A DNA stretch of 64,000 nucleotides from Bacillota bacterium (lineage in GTDB: Bacteria; Patescibacteriota; Patescibacteriia; Patescibacteriales; UBA12465). Location: the NCBI GenBank assembly GCA_050259635.1, contig JBLNBA010000002.1, forward strand, positions 90,681-154,680, in the 5' to 3' direction. Below the pieces are notes generated by a model. That model had not been told where the DNA came from. It saw only the letters and a list, made by a program, of their open reading frames with translations, and did not search any database. The position numbers and the translations under genes are program-made. Shown one piece after another: positions 16,944-25,112 of the stretch (its first letter is position 1; each line of letters opens with the position of its first letter).

Positions 16944-18995
16944 ATGCCCGAACTCATCAGCCAGATCCGGAAACGCTCCGGTGAAATCGTTGACTTCAGT
17001 CAGCAGAAAATTAAGGAAGCCGTTTATAAGGCCGCTCTTTCCGTGGAGATTGATGATAAGGCTTTAGCGGAAAAGCTCAGTGAAGAGGTGGTCATGAAGC
17101 TTTCTAAGAAATTCCACAAGAATAGCATCCCGGCGGTCGAGGAAATCCAGGATTTAGTCGAAGAGGTATTGATAGAAAATAAGCAGATCAAGACGGCTAA
17201 GGCATATATCCTTTATCGTGATCAGCATCGTCAATTGCGTGAATTGAGCAAGGCGACCTCCGATGAGAAATTGATGGAAGACTACCTTGGCCGAGCCGAT
17301 TGGCGCTTGAAGGAGAACAGTAATATGAGTTTCTCCGTCCAGGGATTGAATAATTACATCGCTTCCGCTGTTTCTGCCCGATATTGGTTGAATAAGCTCT
17401 ATCCTCAAGCAATCCGTGATGCCCATATCAACGGCGACCTTCATATCCACGATCTTGGTTTATTGGCTCCTTATTGCTGTGGCTGGGATCTGAAAGACCT
17501 TCTAATCAAGGGCTTCGGAGGCGTGCCAGAGAAGGTGCAGAGCAAACCGCCGAAACATTTCCGCAGCGCATTAGGCCAGATCGTTAACTTTTTCTATACC
17601 ATGCAGGGCGAAGCGGCCGGAGCCCAGGCCTTTGCTAACTTCGACACCTATCTCGCTCCTTTCATCCGCTATGACGGCCTGAGTTTCAAGGAAGTGAAGC
17701 AGGGATTGCAGGAGTTCATGTTTAATATCAACGTTCCCACACGTGTCGGATTCCAAACCCCTTTCACCAATGTTACCTTGGATGTAACCCCTTCGAAACT
17801 AGTGGGCGAAGAGAATGTTATCGTCGGCGGCCAGATCATGCCAGAGAAGTATAAGGATTTTCAGCCGGAGATGGACATTTTTAACCAGGCATTTGCCGAG
17901 GTGATGATCGAAGGAGATTCTACCGGGCGGGTATTTGGTTTTCCAATCCCGACCTACATGATTGATAAGAACTTTGACTGGGATCGCGAGAGCCTTAAGC
18001 CGGTCTGGGAAATGACTGCCAAGTACGGCGTTCCTTATTTCTCTAATTTTGTTAATTCGGACATGGACCGGGATGATGCGCGTTCGATGTGCTGCCGTTT
18101 GCGGCTTGATAACCGTGAATTGCGCAAGCGCGGAGGAGGACTCTTCGGAGCCAACCCTCTTACCGGCAGCCTCGGGGTGGTGACTATCAATCTGGCTCGT
18201 ATCGGCTATTTGGCTAAGGGCAACAAGGAAGACTTCAAGAACCGGATCTATAAGCTTATGGATGTGGCCAAAGAGAGCTTGGAGATCAAGCGGAAGATTA
18301 TCGAAAAATTCTCCGAAGACGGCCTGTACCCTTATTCCCGTCATTACCTGGCCGATATCAAAGCTCGTTTTGGGACATACTGGCAAAATCATTTTAATAC
18401 CATCGGCATCAATGGCATGAATGAAGCGCTTTTGAACCTGATGGGGAAGGATATCACAACCCCGGAAGGGCACTCTTTCGCCCTTGAAGTGATGGATGCG
18501 ATGCGCGAGCGCTTAATGGATTTCCAGAATGAGACTAATAATCTCTATAATCTTGAAGCTACTCCGGGCGAGGGCTGTACCTACCGTTTTGCAAAGAAGG
18601 ACCTCGAGCTCTATCCGGAAATGATTTTTGCCAATACTGAAGCCACTAAGAACGGAGCCGCTCCTTATTATACCAATTCAACTCACTTGCCGGTTGGTTT
18701 CTCGGAGGATATTTTTGCTGCTTTGGATCTACAGGATGATCTCCAGATCAAATATACCGGCGGCACTGTGCTCCATGGCTATCTGGGTGAGCGTCTACCT
18801 GATGGCAATGCCGCCAAGAAATTGGCAAAGCGGATCATTGAGAACTACCGCCTTCCTTATTTCACTATAACGCCGACCTTCTCGATCTGCCCCAAGCATG
18901 GTTACCTGGCGGGTGAACACAAATACTGCCCTAAATGCGACGAGGAGCTCGGTTTTACCGGGACGATGCTTTCCCAGCGCGAGGTAGAAGCCTAA
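16944..18995 (+). CDS. nrdD: Anaerobic ribonucleoside-triphosphate reductase, large body lacking the glycyl-radical loop
   Basis: 683 aa with an N-terminal ATP-cone, class III RNR core (CCRLRLD, GGLFGANPLTGS) and a C-terminal Cys/His cluster ICPKHG...CPKC. It stops before any RVxGY motif. Confidence 0.93.
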   Translation: MPELISQIRKRSGEIVDFSQQKIKEAVYKAALSVEIDDKALAEKLSEEVVMKLSKKFHKNSIPAVEEIQDLVEEVLIENKQIKTAKAYILYRDQHRQLRELSKATSDEKLMEDYLGRADWRLKENSNMSFSVQGLNNYIASAVSARYWLNKLYPQAIRDAHINGDLHIHDLGLLAPYCCGWDLKDLLIKGFGGVPEKVQSKPPKHFRSALGQIVNFFYTMQGEAAGAQAFANFDTYLAPFIRYDGLSFKEVKQGLQEFMFNINVPTRVGFQTPFTNVTLDVTPSKLVGEENVIVGGQIMPEKYKDFQPEMDIFNQAFAEVMIEGDSTGRVFGFPIPTYMIDKNFDWDRESLKPVWEMTAKYGVPYFSNFVNSDMDRDDARSMCCRLRLDNRELRKRGGGLFGANPLTGSLGVVTINLARIGYLAKGNKEDFKNRIYKLMDVAKESLEIKRKIIEKFSEDGLYPYSRHYLADIKARFGTYWQNHFNTIGINGMNEALLNLMGKDITTPEGHSFALEVMDAMRERLMDFQNETNNLYNLEATPGEGCTYRFAKKDLELYPEMIFANTEATKNGAAPYYTNSTHLPVGFSEDIFAALDLQDDLQIKYTGGTVLHGYLGERLPDGNAAKKLAKRIIENYRLPYFTITPTFSICPKHGYLAGEHKYCPKCDEELGFTGTMLSQREVEA

Positions 18996-19030
18996 GTTAT
19001 TAAACCTAATTAATTATAATCCATATAAAT

Positions 19031-19177
19031 ATGAGCCCGATCACCACTCAACGCCAGGAATGCATCGTTTATAGCCGTGTCGTCGGCTGGCTAACCCCCG
19101 TGAAGAATTATAACCCCGGAAAAGCGTCTGAATATAAGGATCGCAAGACTTTCGTGGTTGATTGCTCGGAAAAATAA
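19031..19177 (+). CDS. Separately encoded NrdD C-terminal glycyl-radical mini-protein (48 aa)
   Basis: My own translation; the ORF is below the 60 aa track cutoff: MSPITTQRQECIVYSRVVGWLTPVKNYNPGKASEYKDRKTFVVDCSEK. It matches the class III RNR Gly-radical signature (VYSRVxG[YW]..PV..[WY]N.GK..E..DRK). Confidence 0.7.
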   Translation: MSPITTQRQECIVYSRVVGWLTPVKNYNPGKASEYKDRKTFVVDCSEK

Positions 19178-19238
19178 TACTGGATCGGCGAGCGCGGGGA
19201 AAGGCCGTGATATCCCGGCGTCTCCCGATCGTCTTTCT

Positions 19239-19970
19239 ATGATTATTGGCGGATTAGAAAAATTGACTCTCATAGATTATCCCGATAATCTCGCTGCGAT
19301 CGTCTTTACCCAAGGCTGCAATTTCCGCTGCCACTTCTGTTACAACCCTATGCTTGTCTGGCCCCGTACCGAAAAGCAGGAGCCTGACGAAACCCATAAA
19401 GGACAAGGTTTTCCTCCGATAAAGGAGGAGGACCTTTTTCTTTTTTTGGAGGAACGTCGAGGGAAGATAGACGGGGTAGTGATTACCGGCGGGGAACCGA
19501 CGCTTCATGCGGATCTTCCCGAGTTTATCCGACGGATAAAGGGCTTGGGGTATATCGTGAAACTTGATACTAACGGAACTAATCCTGGGATGCTCGAGCG
19601 CCTCATTGAGGAAGGTTTGGTGGATTATATCGCGATGGATCTAAAGGCTCCTTGGGAACACTATCATGAGGTGGTGGGGGTTCGGCCTGATTTAGGTAAT
19701 TTGCAGAAAAGTGTTAAAATGATAATGTCTTGCGGCCTTCCGTACGAATTCCGCAGCACTCTTCTTCCCGAGTTCCATGATGAAGAGGCTGTTGCGGCTA
19801 TGGGAGAAACAATTGCCGGAGCAAACCGCTGGTATTTGCAAAAATTTAAGCCTGATACCGATTTAGTGGACACGTCCTTCCAAGGGAAGAACACTTTTAC
19901 GGACAAGGCCTTAGAAGAGCTCGCGCTGATTGGCAGCAAATATGTCAAGGAGTGCCGAGCAAGAGTGTGA
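19239..19970 (+). CDS. nrdG: Anaerobic RNR activating radical-SAM enzyme
   Basis: CNFRCHFCYNP (CxxxCxxC) and GGEPT. I chose the ATG at 19239; the track TTG at 19158 overlaps the mini-ORF. Confidence 0.9.
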   Translation: MIIGGLEKLTLIDYPDNLAAIVFTQGCNFRCHFCYNPMLVWPRTEKQEPDETHKGQGFPPIKEEDLFLFLEERRGKIDGVVITGGEPTLHADLPEFIRRIKGLGYIVKLDTNGTNPGMLERLIEEGLVDYIAMDLKAPWEHYHEVVGVRPDLGNLQKSVKMIMSCGLPYEFRSTLLPEFHDEEAVAAMGETIAGANRWYLQKFKPDTDLVDTSFQGKNTFTDKALEELALIGSKYVKECRARV

Positions 19971-19971
19971 T

Positions 19972-20241
19972 ATGGAAGATAATAATAAGGTAGTAAGCGA
20001 ACCGTCCGATATCCATGAAGATCTCAAGGAGCTGCTCAAGCAGAACCTTGAGATTAGCAAGGACATGCAGGCTATGATCAAACATATCAATAGTTATGTG
20101 GCCTGGCAGAGGATTTTCGGGTGGTTGAAATTCATCCTGATCCTTATTCCGATTATAATCGGAGTCCTTTATCTGCCGCCTTTCATCCGGGAGGCTTATC
20201 GGGAGCTTATAAGCATTATTAAATCAGGTTCTGGTATCTAG
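19972..20241 (+). CDS. Small membrane protein, unknown function
   Basis: 89 aa from ATG 19972, with a coiled N-terminus and one TM helix WLKFILILIPIIIGVLYL. Starts 1 nt after the nrdG stop. Confidence 0.5.
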   Translation: MEDNNKVVSEPSDIHEDLKELLKQNLEISKDMQAMIKHINSYVAWQRIFGWLKFILILIPIIIGVLYLPPFIREAYRELISIIKSGSGI

Positions 20242-20253
20242 CGTTAAACAATT

Positions 20254-22221
20254 ATGAGCCAAGATATTGCGGTATTCGCGCAAACGACTTTCCGCAACCA
20301 ATTCAAGAAATTCGGGATCAAAACCGACGACCGTCGCCGGCATATGTATTTAATCGGGAAGACGGGCATGGGTAAGTCAACGATCCAGGAAAACATGATC
20401 GTTGGCGACATTCGCGCCGGTCATGGTTTGGCTGTGGTAGATCCACATGGCGATTTGGCTGAGAAGATCATCGAATATATTCCGGAAGAGCGCATCAAGG
20501 ATGTGGTCTATTTCAATCCGGCAGACATGGATTACCCGATCGCCTTCAATGTCCTTGAACAGGTCGAGCCTCATTTGCGGCATTTGGTCGCCTCGGGCTT
20601 GCTCGGGGTCTTCCAAAAATTGTGGGCTGACTCCTGGGGGCCTCGGCTTGAATATATCCTTCGTAATGCTATCCTGGCCATCCTTGATTTTCCCGGCTCG
20701 ACCCTTTTGGGCGTCGTCCGCATGCTTTCCGACAAAGCCTATCGCAAGCGGGTCGTTTCCAATATTAAGGATCCGGTGGTAAAAGCTTTTTGGGAGAAAG
20801 AATTTGCCTCCTATGCGGACAAGTTTGCTTCCGAGGCGGTTTCTCCTATCCAGAATAAAGTGGGACAATTCTTGTCCAGTTCTTTGATGCGCAATATCAT
20901 CGGGCAAGTGAAATCGGCCATCAATATCCGCGAAATAATGGATGAGGGGAAGATTCTTATAATGAATTTGAGCAAGGGTAGGATCGGGGAGGACAACTCC
21001 GCTTTGTTGGGCGCGATGATGATTACTAAGATTCAGCTCGCAGCTATGAGCCGTGTCGATATGCCGGAGAAAGAGAGAAAGGACTTTTATCTTTATATCG
21101 ATGAATTTCAAAATTTCTCAACCGACAGCTTTGCTAACATCCTTTCCGAAGCTAGAAAATATCACCTCAATCTCATACTGGCGCATCAATATATCGAACA
21201 GCTGAGCGAGAAGGTAAAACCGGCAGTGTTCGGTAACGTCGGTACGATGGTTTCTTTCCGGGTAGGGGCTACCGATGCCGAGGAACTGGCTAAGGAATTT
21301 GCTCCTGTCTTTACGGAAGAGGACTTGGTAAACCTTCCGAAGTATGAAATGTACCTTAAGCTGATGATCGACGGTGTTGCCTCATCCCCATTCTCGGCCA
21401 AAGGCTTGCCTCCTCTTACCGACGAAGAAAAAACCTATAACGTAGACAAGGTAGTGGCGGCCTCGCGCGAAAAATATGCCAGTAGACGAGCTGAAGTGGA
21501 AGAGCGTATTTTGCGCTGGCATGAAGTACAGGAAGATGTGCCGGGTCCGGCGGTATTTATAGAAGAGCCGGCCAGAGAACCGCGTCCTGCGGCCCCTAAA
21601 GGAGTATCTCGCACTTTCACACCTCCCCAGGAAGTACCCATTGTTCCGGAAGCAAAACCATCCGAAGCTGCCGTGCAAGCTCCCTATGCGGTTAATGAGC
21701 CCCGTCCTGCCCCCTATTCTTCGCCTATACAACCGCGTCCCGCTGTTCAGGCGCCGGTAAGGAAGGATCTTGTGCGCCCGGTCTCACAGATGCAACCGGC
21801 GGCGCTGGCTCAAAATGGAGTGGTTAAGACTCAGGCCCATACTCCTCTGGCGCGGCCGTTAGAAGCATCGCCGAAGGCCGGCAAGCCGCTGAAGCAGGGT
21901 TATCCTGCTGTGTGTTCACGCTGTGGTGCTAGCACGACTACTGTCTTTGTCCCTGATGGCATCAGGCCGGTTTTCTGTAAGGATTGCCTGGCTCTGAAGC
22001 GGCAGGAGAAGAGCACGGAACTTGAAGCCCGCAAGAAAGCGAAAAATGAAGAGCTTGAAAAATTATCGCCAGCCATATCCCTGTCTGCTCTTAAGCACGT
22101 GCAGCCGGTTGATTTCAAGGGCCGCCCGGAAAGGAATATCCCTCCGAAACACTCTGGACCCAAGGAAGAAGGCGAAATGTCTGAGGATGAAGTGATCGAT
22201 TTCTCCCGTAAGCCGGAGTGA
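20254..22221 (+). CDS. VirD4/TraD-like P-loop NTPase with a Pro-rich linker and a C-terminal CxxC-x17-CxxC zinc ribbon
   Basis: Walker A GKTGMGKS, Walker B FYLYIDEFQNF, and ARKYHLNLILAHQ (coupling-protein-like). C-terminus is CSRC-(17 aa)-CKDC at 21913-21987. Confidence 0.75.
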   Translation: MSQDIAVFAQTTFRNQFKKFGIKTDDRRRHMYLIGKTGMGKSTIQENMIVGDIRAGHGLAVVDPHGDLAEKIIEYIPEERIKDVVYFNPADMDYPIAFNVLEQVEPHLRHLVASGLLGVFQKLWADSWGPRLEYILRNAILAILDFPGSTLLGVVRMLSDKAYRKRVVSNIKDPVVKAFWEKEFASYADKFASEAVSPIQNKVGQFLSSSLMRNIIGQVKSAINIREIMDEGKILIMNLSKGRIGEDNSALLGAMMITKIQLAAMSRVDMPEKERKDFYLYIDEFQNFSTDSFANILSEARKYHLNLILAHQYIEQLSEKVKPAVFGNVGTMVSFRVGATDAEELAKEFAPVFTEEDLVNLPKYEMYLKLMIDGVASSPFSAKGLPPLTDEEKTYNVDKVVAASREKYASRRAEVEERILRWHEVQEDVPGPAVFIEEPAREPRPAAPKGVSRTFTPPQEVPIVPEAKPSEAAVQAPYAVNEPRPAPYSSPIQPRPAVQAPVRKDLVRPVSQMQPAALAQNGVVKTQAHTPLARPLEASPKAGKPLKQGYPAVCSRCGASTTTVFVPDGIRPVFCKDCLALKRQEKSTELEARKKAKNEELEKLSPAISLSALKHVQPVDFKGRPERNIPPKHSGPKEEGEMSEDEVIDFSRKPE

Positions 22222-22224
22222 ACT

Positions 22225-22797
22225 ATGTATCTATTTTTTGACACCGAAACAACCGGCCTGCCCGCTAACTTCAGGGCCCCGGTAAGTGATAGTAAGAACT
22301 GGCCACGCTTGGTCCAGCTTTCTTGGGCGTGGTTTGACCAGGAAGGGAAGGCTTGGGACCGCTATGATTACATTGTCCGCCCTGAAGGCTTCATTATTCC
22401 TCTGGAATCTACCCGCATCCATCGTATAAGCCAGGAACAGGCCTTAGCAGAAGGTCGTCCTCTGCTTGAGGTCTTGCAAGAATTTGATGAGCATATTTCT
22501 CGCGCCGAGGCGGTGGTAGGCCATAATATAGAGTTTGATGATAAGATCATCGGAGCGGAGATGTACCGGCTTGGTTTGCCTAATTCACTTGAGAGGGCGG
22601 TAAAAGTCTGTACGATGAAGTCCGGGGCGGAAGCGGTAAAGATTAGCAATGGCCGAGGGGGCTTTAAATGGCCGAATTTAGGAGAACTCCATCGAATCCT
22701 TTTGGGCCATGATTTCGCCGAGGCCCATAATGCCATGGTGGATGTATTAGCTTGTGCACGATGCTATTTTGAATTAAAGAGGAGGAACAATCTTTGA
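22225..22797 (+). CDS. DEDDh 3'-5' exonuclease (DnaQ-like)
   Basis: ExoI FFDTETTG, ExoII GHNIEFDDKI, ExoIII HNAMVDV. Confidence 0.85.
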   Translation: MYLFFDTETTGLPANFRAPVSDSKNWPRLVQLSWAWFDQEGKAWDRYDYIVRPEGFIIPLESTRIHRISQEQALAEGRPLLEVLQEFDEHISRAEAVVGHNIEFDDKIIGAEMYRLGLPNSLERAVKVCTMKSGAEAVKISNGRGGFKWPNLGELHRILLGHDFAEAHNAMVDVLACARCYFELKRRNNL

Positions 22798-22799
22798 AT

Positions 22800-24380
22800 A
22801 TGAATTATCTTAAAGTTGGAAAAGCTACGGATTTGCAGGGACGGGACCGGCGATGGTACCGTTTCTTCGAAATACTCCCGGGGTCTTTATCTTATCTCAC
22901 CCTTATTGCCCTTGTGGCTTTATCATATTTTAAGCCGGTGTGGGTAGCTTTTTTTATTATTGCCTTTGACGTTTACTGGCTGTTATTAGTCATCTATCTG
23001 GCAGTGCATCTCATCGCATCCTATCGGAAACTGAAAGCAAATGCCGTGATCGATTGGAGGGGGCGCTGTGAGGCTTTGGCTCGAGGAGAATTCAATTATA
23101 AAGATATCACCCCGGATAGCCTTTCTCGGACGGGCATGACCTGGAAGGATGTCTGGCAGCTCATCATTTTGCCGAACTATAACGAAAGTGAAGAGATTAT
23201 CGCCTCTGCTTTAGATTCGCTCCTAAAAGACGGATATCCGGCGGATAAGCTGATGATCGTTTTAGCGATGGAAGAAAGGGCCGGGACGGCGGCCCATGAG
23301 CGCGCCAGGAATATCGAGCAGCGCTTTGCCAAAAGTTTCGGACGGTTTATCATTACTTTCCATCCGGATGGCATCGAAGGGGAACTGAAAGGGAAAGGCG
23401 CTAACCAGGCATGGGCGATCAAGCAGGTAAAACGCGATCTGCTCGATGCCGAGAAATTCGATTACGATAAAGTATTAGTGAGCGTCTTTGATATCGATAC
23501 CATGGTGAAGCCGGGCTATTTCTTTGCCCTCACATATAAGTTCCTTACCGTGAGCGATCCATATCGGGCTAGTTACCAGCCTATTCCTGTATATCATAAT
23601 AACCTTTGGGAGGCGCCGTTTTTTTCGCGTATCGCCGCTTCTTCTAATACCTTCTGGCAAATGATGATGCAGATCCGCGTCGAACAGCTTGTGACTTATT
23701 CTTCCCATTCCATGACATTGCGCGCTCTCTGTGATATTGGATTTTGGTCGACAAATATGGTTAGTGAGGATTCACGCATCTTCTGGCATTGCTTGCTCTA
23801 TTACAAGGGAGATTATAGGGTAGAACCGCTGTACTTCCCGGTTTCGATGGACATAACTTATGACCGCAATCTCAAACAAACGGCTCGGAGCCTATATAAG
23901 CAGCAGCGCCGCTGGGCTTGGGGTTCTGAGAATGTCCCGTATTTGATGTTTAACACCATGAAGCGCTGGAAGGAAATTGATCGCAAGAAGCTGGTGGGGC
24001 ATATTGTTACCCAGATTTACGGGTTCCACTCTTGGGCTACGAATGCTTTGATCATCGGGGCGATCGGCTGGTTGCCAATGCTAATCGGAGGTGAGCGCTT
24101 CAATACCACTGTCTTGTCGGGAAACTTGCCGGAAATCACTCAATCGCTGATGAACATAGCGATGATCGGCTTGGTCTTATCGGCGATTATTTCCACTTTG
24201 CTGCTGCCGAAGCGCCCTAAAAAGTATTCTTTCCTGAAGAATGTCCGCATGGCCTTGGAATGGGTCTTTGTGCCTTTCACCATCATCTTCTTTGGTGCCA
24301 TACCCTGTCTTGATGCCCAATGGCGCTTGATGACCGGGAAATACATGGGATTCTGGGTGACCCCTAAATCTCGCGGCTGA
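22800..24380 (+). CDS. Processive family 2 glycosyltransferase, membrane-embedded (cellulose/chitin-synthase-like)
   Basis: N- and C-terminal TM helices, DxD-type FDIDT, SED, and the QQRRW motif (KQQRRWAWG). ATG at 22800 is preceded by AGGAGGA. Confidence 0.8.
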   Translation: MNYLKVGKATDLQGRDRRWYRFFEILPGSLSYLTLIALVALSYFKPVWVAFFIIAFDVYWLLLVIYLAVHLIASYRKLKANAVIDWRGRCEALARGEFNYKDITPDSLSRTGMTWKDVWQLIILPNYNESEEIIASALDSLLKDGYPADKLMIVLAMEERAGTAAHERARNIEQRFAKSFGRFIITFHPDGIEGELKGKGANQAWAIKQVKRDLLDAEKFDYDKVLVSVFDIDTMVKPGYFFALTYKFLTVSDPYRASYQPIPVYHNNLWEAPFFSRIAASSNTFWQMMMQIRVEQLVTYSSHSMTLRALCDIGFWSTNMVSEDSRIFWHCLLYYKGDYRVEPLYFPVSMDITYDRNLKQTARSLYKQQRRWAWGSENVPYLMFNTMKRWKEIDRKKLVGHIVTQIYGFHSWATNALIIGAIGWLPMLIGGERFNTTVLSGNLPEITQSLMNIAMIGLVLSAIISTLLLPKRPKKYSFLKNVRMALEWVFVPFTIIFFGAIPCLDAQWRLMTGKYMGFWVTPKSRG

Positions 24381-24435
24381 GCATTTTATTCCTGTCTTCA
24401 TATTTGCTATCATAGAAGAGCAGGGAGATATTAAT

Positions 24436-24861
24436 ATGGTGAAAGCAAGGAGGAACATCTCAAGTATCCAGGCAGCGCGGCGCCCGCAAGCGTCGTTTTT
24501 AGCGCGCTGGATGTCCGATAAGCGCATGTTCATCATTATTGCGCTTGTTTTCCTGTTGTTTATCCTAATCCCTTTGGCGAAGAATTATAGCCGTAAGCGC
24601 TTGGTTGAGAAAGAGATCCAAGGCATCCAGGCGGAAATAGCTGATTTCGAGGCTAAGAACAAAGATTTGAGGGAGATGATCGATTATCTGCAGTCGGATC
24701 AGTCGTTAGAGGAGCAGGCGCGCCTCAATATGGGCCTGAAGCGTCCTGGTGAGACCGTGGCCGTCATTACTGAGAGCGAACCCGGGATCGCCCTGCCGGA
24801 AAAAGACCAGGAGCCTGCCCGTTCCAATTACAGTAAATGGATAGAATATTTTCTCGATTGA
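24436..24861 (+). CDS. ftsB: Septum formation initiator (FtsB/DivIC family)
   Basis: One TM helix (MFIIIALVFLLFILIPL) followed by a coiled coil (IQGIQAEIADFEAKNKDLREMIDYLQSD). Confidence 0.7.
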   Translation: MVKARRNISSIQAARRPQASFLARWMSDKRMFIIIALVFLLFILIPLAKNYSRKRLVEKEIQGIQAEIADFEAKNKDLREMIDYLQSDQSLEEQARLNMGLKRPGETVAVITESEPGIALPEKDQEPARSNYSKWIEYFLD

Positions 24862-24906
24862 GACAAAAAAATAAAGCCGGTGAAACCGACTTTATTTAGT
24901 TATCCG

Positions 24907-24979
24907 AGCCGAGAATGGGACTTGAACCCACAACCTACGGTTTACGATACCGTTGCTCTACCAGTTGAGCTATCTCGGC
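24907..24979 (-). tRNA. tRNA-Thr (anticodon CGU)
   Basis: Hand-folded cloverleaf: acceptor GCCGAGA/TCTCGGC, anticodon arm ACGGT-ATCGTAA-ACCGT, T arm GTGGG-TTCAAGT-CCCAT. No encoded CCA. Confidence 0.88.
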
Positions 24980-24986
24980 GAATTTG

Positions 24987-25057
24987 AGCGGGTGAGCGGA
25001 ATCGGACCGCCGTCTCAAGCTTGGGAAGCTTGCATAATAACCATTATACGACACCCG
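24987..25057 (-). tRNA. tRNA-Gly-like (anticodon CCC) with non-canonical features
   Basis: Acceptor GCGGGTG/CACCCGC, anticodon arm CAAGC-TTCCCA-GCTTG (I read only 6 loop nt), T loop TCCGATT. Confidence 0.65.
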
Positions 25058-25112
25058 CGGACTCCAATATTATAAGCAGATGCAGGCGCATCCGTCAAAC
25101 ATCCTTAATTTT

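Noticed and set aside
18996-19030. Intron, intein or translational bypass as the explanation for the nrdD interruption
   Set aside because: The gap is only 35 nt, far too small for a group I or II intron. An intein would be in-frame protein sequence. There are no matched take-off and landing codons for a gene-60-type bypass. A simple frameshift is not excluded, but the spacer is 86% A+T, unlike coding sequence here.
19158-19238. TTG-initiated N-terminal extension of nrdG
   Set aside because: It overlaps the glycyl-radical mini-ORF and the GC-rich hairpin. The conserved NrdG sequence begins at the ATG at 19239.
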